Positions 8,446-16,678 of a stretch of DNA of 64,000 nucleotides are shown here, one piece after another. This stretch comes from Clostridia bacterium (lineage in GTDB: Bacteria; Bacillota; Clostridia; Christensenellales; Aristaeellaceae): NCBI GenBank assembly GCA_045589355.1, contig JAZNOW010000073.1, forward strand, positions 680-64,679. The letters are read 5' to 3'. Position 1 is the stretch's first letter; each line of letters opens with the position of its first letter. Under the pieces are notes generated by a model. It did no database searches. It was not told where the DNA came from and saw only the letters and a program-made list of their open reading frames with translations. A program made the position numbers and the translations under genes.

Positions 8446-10287
8446 ATGGCAATGCTGTTGAATGCTGAAAAATGCTGGCTGCCTTTTTTGAGCGATTGCT
8501 GCCCGGAAACTTTTTCTCCTGTGGAAGAAGCCAGGGCTGAACTGGCTTTGATGGGCATCAAAGCCCGCCTGCAGGTGGAAGAAGCCATGCAGGATGCCTT
8601 CCGCATTGAAAAAGATGGGGAAGGGTATGTGATCTCTGGCGGCGAAAAGGGCGTATTGTACGGCGCCTACCGGCTGCTGGAAAAGCTGTACCTGGGCCAA
8701 TGCCCCTGCTGCGGGGAAACAAAGCCCGCCTACGGGCTGCGCATGCTGAACCACTGGGACAACATGAACGGCCAGATCGAGCGCGGCTATGCCGGCAATT
8801 CTTTCTTTTTCAAGGACAATGCTTTCTGCTGGGACGAACAGCGCATCCGCTTCTATGGCCGTATGCTGGCCAGCTGCGGCATCAATGCCATCAGCATGAA
8901 CAATGTGAATGTGCATTACCCGGCGGACAGGCTGTGCACGAAAGAGTTGCTGCCCGAAGTGAAAAAGATTGCCGATATTTTCCGGGCATACGGCGTGCGG
9001 CTGATCATCAGTGTGGATTATGCGCTGCCGGTGACGCTGGGCCTGGATACGGCGGACCCGCTGGATGAAAGGGTACAGGCCTTCTGGAAAAAGCAGGTGG
9101 ACCTGATCTACTCCTATGTGCCGGACCTGTGCGGCTTCCTGGTGAAGGCGGACAGCGAATTCCGCCCCGGCCCCTATATGTACAAGCGCAACCATGCCGA
9201 AGGGGCCAACCTGCTGGCCCGGGCCCTGAAGCCCCATGACGGCGTGCTCATCTGGCGGTGCTTTGTGTACAACTGCCGGCAGGACTGGCGGGACCATTCC
9301 ATCGACCGGCCCAAGGCTGCCTATGAAAACTATGCCCATCTGGACGGGCAGTTTGACGAAAACGTTATTTTGCAGGTGAAGAACGGCCCCTACGATTTCC
9401 AGGTGCGGGAGCCCGTATCCCCCCTGCTGTACGCCATGCCGAAAACCTGCAAGTCGGTTGAGTTCCAGCTGGCGCAGGAATACACCGGCCAGCAGATCGA
9501 CCTTTACTACATGGCCCCTGTGTGGCATGAAGTGATGGACCAGCTGCCGGCGCTGCCCCCCCATATCGCTGCGGTGACCAACCTGGGCAACGACGAAAAC
9601 TGGACGGGCCACACCCTGGCCCAGGCCAACCTCTATGCCTACGGCCGCATGGCCTGGCAGGGCCGCGCTTTTGACGGCAAGGCTGTTTTGCAGGACTGGA
9701 TCGGCCTCACCTTCGGCCCGGATTTTGCCGAAAAGGAACGGCTGGAAACGATGATGCTTTCCTCCCGCGGCACTTACGAAAAGTATACCGCCAACCTGGG
9801 TCTTGGCTGGATGGTGACCCCTCATTCCCATTACGGCCCCGATGCGGAAGGCTATGAATACGATTTCTGGGGCACTTATCACCGGGCCAACTGCCGCTTT
9901 GTGGGCATTGACCGCACCGACAAAGGCACCGGCTACATTCAGCAATACCCCCGGGAATGGGCGGAAATGTATAACAACCCGGCCACCTGCCCGGAAAAAA
10001 TGCTGCTGTTTTTCCACCGCATGCCCTATGATTATGTGATGCAGGATGGCAGGACCATGCTGCAGCGGCTCTATGACGATCACTTCGAAGGGCTGGTGGA
10101 AGCGGAAAAACTGCTGGAGGACTGGCAGGCTATGGAACACGCCCTGCCCGAGAAGGATTACCTCCATGGGCTGGACCGTTTCCAGCGCCAGGTAAAGAAT
10201 GCCCGGAACTGGTGCGACCGGATGAACACCTATTTCTACCGCTTCACCTTGATCCCCGATGCCAAGGGCAGAAGGATTTACGATTGA
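8446..10287 (+). CDS. aguA: alpha-glucuronidase (GH67)
   Basis: RMLNHWDNMNGQIERGYAG and KNGPYDFQVREP match GH67 signatures. No signal peptide. ATG 8452 is the better-spaced start. Confidence 0.85.
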   Translation: MAMLLNAEKCWLPFLSDCCPETFSPVEEARAELALMGIKARLQVEEAMQDAFRIEKDGEGYVISGGEKGVLYGAYRLLEKLYLGQCPCCGETKPAYGLRMLNHWDNMNGQIERGYAGNSFFFKDNAFCWDEQRIRFYGRMLASCGINAISMNNVNVHYPADRLCTKELLPEVKKIADIFRAYGVRLIISVDYALPVTLGLDTADPLDERVQAFWKKQVDLIYSYVPDLCGFLVKADSEFRPGPYMYKRNHAEGANLLARALKPHDGVLIWRCFVYNCRQDWRDHSIDRPKAAYENYAHLDGQFDENVILQVKNGPYDFQVREPVSPLLYAMPKTCKSVEFQLAQEYTGQQIDLYYMAPVWHEVMDQLPALPPHIAAVTNLGNDENWTGHTLAQANLYAYGRMAWQGRAFDGKAVLQDWIGLTFGPDFAEKERLETMMLSSRGTYEKYTANLGLGWMVTPHSHYGPDAEGYEYDFWGTYHRANCRFVGIDRTDKGTGYIQQYPREWAEMYNNPATCPEKMLLFFHRMPYDYVMQDGRTMLQRLYDDHFEGLVEAEKLLEDWQAMEHALPEKDYLHGLDRFQRQVKNARNWCDRMNTYFYRFTLIPDAKGRRIYD

Positions 10288-10306
10288 GATAAAGGAGAGA
10301 ATCACC

Positions 10307-12379
10307 ATGATGGATCATCAGAAAGCACGTGCGCTGGCTACTGAGCTGGTAGCGAAAATGACCCTGGAAGAAAAGGCTTGTCAGCTGCGCTATGACGCCC
10401 CCGCCATCGAACGGCTGGGTATTCCCGCCTACAACTGGTGGAACGAAGGCCTCCACGGCGTGGCCCGCGCCGGCACTGCCACCGTGTTTCCCCAGGCCAT
10501 TGGTATGGCTGCCATGTTTGACGATGAAGGCCTGAACGAGATTGCCAGGATCATCGCCCACGAAGGCCGCGCCAAGCACAATGCCAACTCCACCCACGGC
10601 GACCGGGACATCTATAAGGGCCTGACCTATTGGTCCCCCAACATCAACATTTTCCGTGACCCCCGCTGGGGCCGCGGCCATGAAACCTATGGTGAAGATC
10701 CCTACCTCACCAGCCGTCTGGGCGTGGCTTTCGTCAAGGGCCTGCAGGGGGACGGCGAATACATGAAGATCGCTGCCTGCGCCAAGCACTATGCCGTGCA
10801 CTCCGGCCCCGAAGCCATCCGCCACGAATTTGACGCCATTGCCAACGAAAAGGATATGCGGGAAACCTACCTGCCCGCTTTTGAAGCGCTGGTGAAGGAA
10901 GCGGACGTGGAATCCGTCATGGGTGCCTACAACCGCACCAACGGCGAACCCTGCTGCGGCAGCAAAACCCTGCTCATGGACATCCTGCGGGATGAATGGG
11001 GCTTTGAAGGCCATGTGGTGAGCGACTGCTGGGCCGTGCGCGATTTCCACACCCGTCATATGGTCACCGATACCGCGCCCGAATCCGCCGCCCTGGCCCT
11101 GAAGAACGGCTGCGACGTGAACTGCGGCAACACCTACCTGCACATGATGGAAGCCTATCAGGAAGGCCTGGTAACCGAAGAGGATATCACCAAGGCCTGC
11201 ATCAGCCTCTTTGCCACCCGCTATCGCCTGGGCATGATGGACGAAAACTGCGAGTTCAACAAGATCAGCCTGCTGGAAAACGATACAGATGCGCATGATG
11301 CCGTGGCCCTGAAGGCGGCCCTGCGCAGCATGACCCTGCTCAAGAACGACGGCGTTCTGCCCATCGATAACACCGACAAGGAAAAGGTGATCCTGGTCAT
11401 GGGCCCCAACGCCAACAGTCAGCTGGCCCTGGAAGGCAACTACAACGGCACTTCCTCCCGCTATGTCACCTTCCTGGAAGGTATCCGTGAAGCCTGCAAG
11501 GGCAAGGCACGGGTGATCTATGCCCCCGGCTCCCAGATGTTCAAGGACAACGAAAGCAACCTGTCCCAGTACAAGGATGACCGCCTGGCCGAAGCTGTGG
11601 CTGCCGCTGAACTGGCGGACGTGGTCATTGCCTGCATGGGCCTGGACGCCACCATGGAAGGCGAAGAAGGCGATACCGGCAACCAGTACTTCTCCGGCGA
11701 CAAGAACGACCTGGAACTGCCTGCCGCTCAGAAGCGCGTGCTGGATGCCGTCATCAAGACTGGTACCCCCGTGGTTACCGTGGTGGCTGCCGGCAGCAAC
11801 CTGCGCGTGGAAGAAGGCAATGCTGTGGTGTGGGCATGGTATCCCGGCCAGGCCGGCGGCACCGCCCTTGCCAAGCTTTTGTTCGGTGAAGAATGCTTCT
11901 CCGCCCGTCTGCCCCTTACCTTCTACCACAACGTGGAAGACCTGCCCGAATTCACCGACTATAACATGAAAAACCGCACCTACCGCTACTACGAAGGCAA
12001 GGCCCTCTATCCCTTCGGTTTCGGCCTTTCTTACACCGATTTTGTGTACGAAAACGCTGCTTACGCCGATGGCAAAGTGACCGTCACCATCAAGAACACC
12101 GGCAAGATGGACGCTGAAGAAGTGGCCCAGGTGTACGTGAAGAACGACAGCAAGGATGCGCCCCTGCATCCCGCCCTGTGCGGCTTCAAGCGCGTGTTCG
12201 TGAAGGCAGGCGAAAGCGTGAAGGTGGAAATCACCCTGTCCGCCCTTACTTTCACCGTGGTCAACGACGAAGGCAAGCGCCTGCCCTGCGAAAAGGCTAC
12301 CCTGTACGTGGGCGGCTATCAGCCCGACGCTGTTTCCGCTGAACTCACCGGCAAAAAGAGCCTGGAAATCAACCTGTAA
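10307..12379 (+). CDS. GH3 family glycoside hydrolase (beta-xylosidase/beta-glucosidase type)
   Basis: ORF 10259..12379 trimmed to ATG 10307 behind AAAGGAGAG. GH3 motifs NWWNEGLHGV, KHYAVHSGPE, VVSDCWAV. Fn3-like C-terminus; no signal peptide. Confidence 0.88.
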   Translation: MMDHQKARALATELVAKMTLEEKACQLRYDAPAIERLGIPAYNWWNEGLHGVARAGTATVFPQAIGMAAMFDDEGLNEIARIIAHEGRAKHNANSTHGDRDIYKGLTYWSPNINIFRDPRWGRGHETYGEDPYLTSRLGVAFVKGLQGDGEYMKIAACAKHYAVHSGPEAIRHEFDAIANEKDMRETYLPAFEALVKEADVESVMGAYNRTNGEPCCGSKTLLMDILRDEWGFEGHVVSDCWAVRDFHTRHMVTDTAPESAALALKNGCDVNCGNTYLHMMEAYQEGLVTEEDITKACISLFATRYRLGMMDENCEFNKISLLENDTDAHDAVALKAALRSMTLLKNDGVLPIDNTDKEKVILVMGPNANSQLALEGNYNGTSSRYVTFLEGIREACKGKARVIYAPGSQMFKDNESNLSQYKDDRLAEAVAAAELADVVIACMGLDATMEGEEGDTGNQYFSGDKNDLELPAAQKRVLDAVIKTGTPVVTVVAAGSNLRVEEGNAVVWAWYPGQAGGTALAKLLFGEECFSARLPLTFYHNVEDLPEFTDYNMKNRTYRYYEGKALYPFGFGLSYTDFVYENAAYADGKVTVTIKNTGKMDAEEVAQVYVKNDSKDAPLHPALCGFKRVFVKAGESVKVEITLSALTFTVVNDEGKRLPCEKATLYVGGYQPDAVSAELTGKKSLEINL

Positions 12380-12394
12380 TCAACAGAAAATTGC

Positions 12395-12428
12395 AAGCCG
12401 CGGTCTTCCTGGCCGCGGCTTTTCTTTG
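12395..12428 (+). terminator. rho-independent terminator after the GH3 gene
   Basis: GCCGCGG ... CCGCGGC stem followed by TTTTCTTT. Confidence 0.7.
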
Positions 12429-12864
12429 GGGGAGACCATGGAGGGGCGTTGCCCCCTCCACCCCCAGCAGGGACATTGTCCCTGCACCCAGAGGTGGAAT
12501 TGTAATATGTATCCGTCAAACAATTTTCCGGCGGTACAGCATAACACGCACACACATTTTCGCAAGAGAAAGATTGCATTTTTGCGAATTGGGTGTGGCA
12601 CTGCCGCCCACGGGCTGGGCGGTGTTCCACCGCCTGCCGGATGCTTAGGCATCCGGGGAAAACGAAAAAAAAGAAGCGGTGAGAGAATAAATTCTCTCAG
12701 CCGCTCTTTTTTTCGTTTTCATGGCGCCCGTGGCTGAAACCGCTTGGTTTTTTCAAGCAACATGCGAAAACAACCATTTTCGATACATCCTGTTTAGTCG
12801 CAGGAAGGGTGCAGGGCGGATCGCCCTGCCGAGGGGTACAGGGGGCGCGTAGCCCCCTGCTTCG
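12428..12864 (+). repeat. hairpin-rich mosaic intergenic element, full copy 1 (MITE/BIME-like)
   Basis: Homologous by eye over its whole length to 46879-47310 and to the reverse complement of 32443-32938. Two-hairpin end modules at both ends and a central long hairpin at 12658-12720. Confidence 0.8.
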
Positions 12865-12925
12865 TGGTTCTGTAAGCAGCACGCGGACACAACTTCTTCT
12901 AATCAATTTTGTTTTATCGCGCACT

Positions 12926-13010
12926 GGGTCAAGGGCCGATGGCCCTTGTGGGGCCAGGGGCAATGCCCCTGGTGCCGTGGTACGGGGGCTGCATAAGCCC
13001 CTGCCCGGTC
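12926..13010 (+). repeat. solo end module of the same repeat family (three GC-rich hairpins)
   Basis: CAAGGGCCGATGGCCCTTG, CCAGGGGCAATGCCCCTGG and GGGGCTGCATAAGCCCC..CTGCCCGGTC. The 3' part (GGTAC-GGGGGCTGCATAAGCCCCTGCCC-GTC) closely matches the 3' end of copy 3 at 47278-47310; the extra CCAGGGGCAATGCCCCTGG hairpin is the copy-2 type. It overlaps the stop codon of the convergent gene. Confidence 0.75.
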
Positions 13011-14100
13011 ACCGTTTCCGTTCAAAATGGTCGCAGGTGTATTGATAGCCGTCCCAGGCCCGGGTGCCGGTATCGGTGTGGGTGTATTGGAAGCCAAGGC
13101 TTTTGCACAGGTTGGCGGAAGGCGTGTTTTCCCGGAAGCAGCTGTAGAGGAAGGTGTGGCCGTCCAGCTTGTCAAAAGCCAGAGAAACCAATGCTTCCAG
13201 CATTTCCTTACCGTAGCCCTTGCGCTGATGAGCCCGGGTGATGCACAGGCCAAGTTCATCGAACACACCGGGGGCTACTTCCCGGATGCCGCCAAAGCCG
13301 ATGGGCACGTCCGTTTCCTTGAGGCAGACAAAATAGGTAAAATGGAGGGATTGCAGGGAAATGGTGCGTTCCATACGCCGGAGCGCTTCCTCCCGGGTGA
13401 GGGTGGGCTGCCACAGCATGTTTTGAGCCACTTCGGTATCGCTCCACACGTTGTGCCAGATGGCGTCCAGATCGCTTTTCCGGGCTTTTCGCAGCACAAG
13501 ACGTTCCGTTTCCAGCCGGCTGAATTTTTCCAGATTGTTCATATGCGCCAGCACGTTCAGGATGTTCTCTTCCCGGGGGATGATGATATCCGGATCCACC
13601 TCCGGATGGACGGATGCATAGGAAAGCAGCATGTCCATCAGGTTGTCCTTGGAGAGCATATAGTCCTGCACGATGGTTTGCGCATCGGCCCCCAGCTTTT
13701 TCAAAAGCAGGGCGGATACCACGCCGGTGCGGTCCTTGCCAGCGGTGCAGAAATACAGAACGCCCTGTGGTGCGGCCAGGATAACGTCCAGGATTCTGGC
13801 CATCCGTCCGTCCACCATATTCCGGTAGGTTTCGTGCAGGTGCGCCCGGGAACGGGGCGTATTGCCGCCTCCGGTGACGGGCAGGTGATGGTAACGGAAG
13901 GCAGGGTGAAGGGACAAGGGGCAGGGGCGGAGCAGCGTCTCCTCGGTAGAGCGCAGGTCCACCAGGGTGGTGATGCCATTTTCCAGCAGCCAGCATACTT
14001 CATCGCTGGTCAGGTTGAGCGGCGCATCGCTGCGCACAAAACGGCGATCGCCGACGGGCAGAAAGCGGGTGTTGAGGGTGGAGCGGAGCAGGGAAGACAT
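13009..14100 (-). CDS. protein-tyrosine phosphatase-like / GNAT N-acetyltransferase fusion protein
   Basis: The N-terminal half has the CX5R P-loop (FCTAGKDRTGV; Y_phosphatase3-like). The C-terminal half is RimJ/RimL-like GNAT (LETERLVLRKARKSD..., RAHQRKGYGKEMLEALV). Confidence 0.75.
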   Translation of the reverse strand: MSSLLRSTLNTRFLPVGDRRFVRSDAPLNLTSDEVCWLLENGITTLVDLRSTEETLLRPCPLSLHPAFRYHHLPVTGGGNTPRSRAHLHETYRNMVDGRMARILDVILAAPQGVLYFCTAGKDRTGVVSALLLKKLGADAQTIVQDYMLSKDNLMDMLLSYASVHPEVDPDIIIPREENILNVLAHMNNLEKFSRLETERLVLRKARKSDLDAIWHNVWSDTEVAQNMLWQPTLTREEALRRMERTISLQSLHFTYFVCLKETDVPIGFGGIREVAPGVFDELGLCITRAHQRKGYGKEMLEALVSLAFDKLDGHTFLYSCFRENTPSANLCKSLGFQYTHTDTGTRAWDGYQYTCDHFERKR

Positions 14101-14161
14101 GCCATCACCGTCCTTTGAAAAAAATTGGGCTTATTGTACCATGGATGGAGTGAAAAGTAAA

Positions 14162-14194
14162 GCAAAAGAAAAAGGACGGCGAAAAGCCGTCCTT
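14162..14194 (-). terminator. rho-independent terminator at the end of the envelope operon
   Basis: AAGGACGGC-GAAAA-GCCGTCCTT hairpin, T-rich on the minus strand after the stem. Downstream of the PrsA-like gene. Confidence 0.65.
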
Positions 14195-14205
14195 TGTTTG
14201 CGGGA

Positions 14206-15468
14206 TTACTTGAGCCGTTCGGGATAGGTTTTCACATCCGCTTCGGACACCCACTGTTCCAGCATGGAGTTGAACACCTTGTCCTGGGCTTCGGCCAGCA
14301 TTTCGTCATGCAGGGCCTGGCGGGTGGCTTCGTCCTGGTTGGCACCGGCGGGCACGTCGGCGCTGTAGAGGATGATGTGGCAGCCGTAATCGGAGTAGGT
14401 GGGTTCGCTCACGTCGCCCACGTTTTCCAGGCCCATGGCAGCAACGGTGAACACATCCACAAAGCTGGCATAGCCGTCGCACACGGCGTAGCCGTCCTGG
14501 GGCATGCCGGTATCTTCATTGTACTGAGCAACCAGGGCATCGAAATCGGCGCCTTCAGCGGTGGCCAGGGCGTACACTTCGTCCACCTTGGGCTGGATAT
14601 TGGCCATGGCAGCCTGACGGGCGGCGTCCAGCTCAGCCTGGGCAGCGTCCATGGCAGCCTGGGCTTCGGTGGTATCGGTGCCTTCGTTGGTGGCGCGGCC
14701 CACGTTGGCAGCGGCCTGGGTGAGGGCATCACGCTTCTGGTTGAGGATGGTGGTGTCTTCTTCGGTGAACATCACCAGCACATGCTTCACCATGCGGTAG
14801 CCTTCGGGGGCATAGTACACCGTGCCGAACTGCTGGTTCACATAATCGCCAAAGAGGGAGGGCGTTTCGTCGAACTGGGCTTTCTGTTCTTCCGCCTTTT
14901 TGGTCAGGGCGGCATCCACGTCGGCAGCATCAATTTCGATGTCCTTGATGCATTCCGCTTCCAGCTTGGCCAGCATCATGCTGTTGGCAGCGCCCTGCTG
15001 ATAAATTTCCAGCGTGGCGCCGTTTTCCTTGGCCAGTTCCACGGCGGCCTTGGTGGCTTCTTCGCCTTCCAGGTCGGGGAAGTAGGTGGCGGCAGCCCGG
15101 CTGATGACGGAATCATACTGTTCCTGGGCCGCCTGCTGGATCTGGGCGTTTTCTTCTTCGGTGAACTGGTCCATGCCCATTTCCTTGGCCTTCTGCTGGG
15201 AAACGGCGGCGGTGATGAAGGAATTGATCAGGGCATTGGCCACCTGGGTCCGGTCGGTGGGCAGGCCGGGGTTGAAGCCGTGAAAGGACTGGTAGAAGGA
15301 ATTGACCTGCTGGTTGTAGGCAATCTGGGAATCGATATCGGCGTTCAATTCGCCTTTGGTGAGCACCTGGCCGTTCACGTCCACGATCACGGCGTCATCG
15401 CCGGCAGAGCAGCCGGCCAGCAGGAGCACCACGGCCAGCAACAGGGCAAGTACGCTGATTTTTTTCAT
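14206..15468 (-). CDS. PrsA/SurA-like peptidyl-prolyl isomerase lipoprotein (parvulin domain)
   Basis: Lipobox LLLAGCS. C-terminal parvulin motif SEPTYSDYGCHIILY. Confidence 0.8.
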   Translation of the reverse strand: MKKISVLALLLAVVLLLAGCSAGDDAVIVDVNGQVLTKGELNADIDSQIAYNQQVNSFYQSFHGFNPGLPTDRTQVANALINSFITAAVSQQKAKEMGMDQFTEEENAQIQQAAQEQYDSVISRAAATYFPDLEGEEATKAAVELAKENGATLEIYQQGAANSMMLAKLEAECIKDIEIDAADVDAALTKKAEEQKAQFDETPSLFGDYVNQQFGTVYYAPEGYRMVKHVLVMFTEEDTTILNQKRDALTQAAANVGRATNEGTDTTEAQAAMDAAQAELDAARQAAMANIQPKVDEVYALATAEGADFDALVAQYNEDTGMPQDGYAVCDGYASFVDVFTVAAMGLENVGDVSEPTYSDYGCHIILYSADVPAGANQDEATRQALHDEMLAEAQDKVFNSMLEQWVSEADVKTYPERLK

Positions 15469-15491
15469 GGTTCATTTCTCCTTGTCATTGA

Positions 15492-15704
15492 TTAGTTGGG
15501 CTTTTTCTTTTGTTCCAGTTTTTTGTAGGAGCCGTCTTCCTGTTGCATGTACACATTATCCAGCGTCAGCCGCAGGTTTTCCTTGAATTCGTCAATGTAC
15601 TGACGGCGCAGGGCTTCGTGCTCCTTTACTTCAGCTTCCGTCAGGCCCACGGTTTTCTTTTTCCGGGCCAGCTCGTTGATGCGGTCTACTTGCGCTTTTT
15701 CCAT
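15492..15704 (-). CDS. DUF896 / UPF0291 (YnzC-like) small protein
   Basis: 70 aa. VDRINELARKKKTVGLTEAEVKEHEALRRQYI resembles the YnzC family. Confidence 0.8.
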   Translation of the reverse strand: MEKAQVDRINELARKKKTVGLTEAEVKEHEALRRQYIDEFKENLRLTLDNVYMQQEDGSYKKLEQKKKPN

Positions 15705-16675
15705 GGAATCAGGCTTCCTCCTTTACGAAGACGCAATCCCACATAGACCAGTGCGGCTACCAGAACTGCGAACAGGGTGTAAATCAGGTAAATATCCATT
15801 TCAAGGGTCATATCGGGGCGGTAGATGGTCAATTCCAGCAGCACGCCCAGCACAACGGCACCAAGCAGACATCCGGACAGGATGTACATAAAACGCTTAT
15901 CCTTCTTTGCCCGGACGGCGGCCATAATGACCCCGGCTACCAGCATGGGAATGGCCATGATCTGCTGCAGATGGACAAAGGACAGCGTCAGGTGCTTATC
16001 CTGCCGCAGGCTTTCCAGGATTGCCTGGCTGCCGCCAAACAGCAACAGGAACAGGATGAACGTATCGCCGGGCTTTGCGTTTTTATGCAGCAGCAAATCC
16101 AGCAACAGCACTACCAGGATCAGGGCGGCGGCAATGGCTTCCAGTTTGTACACCGGCAGATAATTGGCGTAATCCCCTTCCTGCAGAAGAAATGCAGGCA
16201 GATGGGCGGAGAAAGGATGGGTCAGGGGCCGGCTGATGCCGAAGTCTTCCACGTGCATTTCACCCAGCCGGGCAAAAAACACAAAGCCAAGTGCGGCCAC
16301 GCTGAAAGCATCCGCATAATCCAGCGGATTTTGCTTCATCAGCCTTGCGGCGATCACCGCGCCTGCAAAACTGCCCACCAGGGCGCCGAACATGCTGTGG
16401 CCGCCGCCGGTGAACACCTGAGGCAGCATTTTGCCAAAGAAGGGCACGTCCACGTTGAAGCTGAACAGGGCAAAGAAAATTTTGCTGCAGATGGCGCCAA
16501 GGAAAACACCCAACAAAAACGTGACCGGCACGGCGCCCTTGAGCATCTTTTTGGCCAGGCCCATTGCACAAAGCAGCAAAAGCATGGCCAGGGCACCGAT
16601 GGCGGCAAACATGCCCCAGGCGTACACATCCGTGCCCAGAACGGAAATAAATCCCGCTTCTTCCCACATGTACAT
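15686..16675 (-). CDS. Lgt-like (prolipoprotein diacylglyceryl transferase family) polytopic membrane protein, divergent
   Basis: About 8 TM segments. Lgt-like boxes GGGHSMFGALVG, ARLGEMHVEDFG, PVYKLEAI, ESLRQDKH. The canonical GNFxNxE box is degenerate. Confidence 0.6.
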   Translation of the reverse strand: MYMWEEAGFISVLGTDVYAWGMFAAIGALAMLLLLCAMGLAKKMLKGAVPVTFLLGVFLGAICSKIFFALFSFNVDVPFFGKMLPQVFTGGGHSMFGALVGSFAGAVIAARLMKQNPLDYADAFSVAALGFVFFARLGEMHVEDFGISRPLTHPFSAHLPAFLLQEGDYANYLPVYKLEAIAAALILVVLLLDLLLHKNAKPGDTFILFLLLFGGSQAILESLRQDKHLTLSFVHLQQIMAIPMLVAGVIMAAVRAKKDKRFMYILSGCLLGAVVLGVLLELTIYRPDMTLEMDIYLIYTLFAVLVAALVYVGLRLRKGGSLIPWKKRK

Positions 16676-16678
16676 GGA

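Noticed and set aside
12428-13010. Possible CRISPR array, because of the many short GC-rich palindromes
   Set aside because: The palindromes differ in sequence and are irregularly spaced (10-60 bp). There are no unique spacers of constant length and no cas genes in the window. The same blocks recur elsewhere as a dispersed repeat.
12391-13045. Short ORFs inside repeat copy 1 (for example 12426..12737 plus, 12319..12630 minus, 12697..12963 minus)
   Set aside because: Equivalent ORFs in the other copies (32393..32932, 46744..47358, 46802..47242, 54250..54894) differ in frame, length and stop positions. The substitutions between copies preserve stems rather than codons. There is no RBS. I treat them as non-coding.
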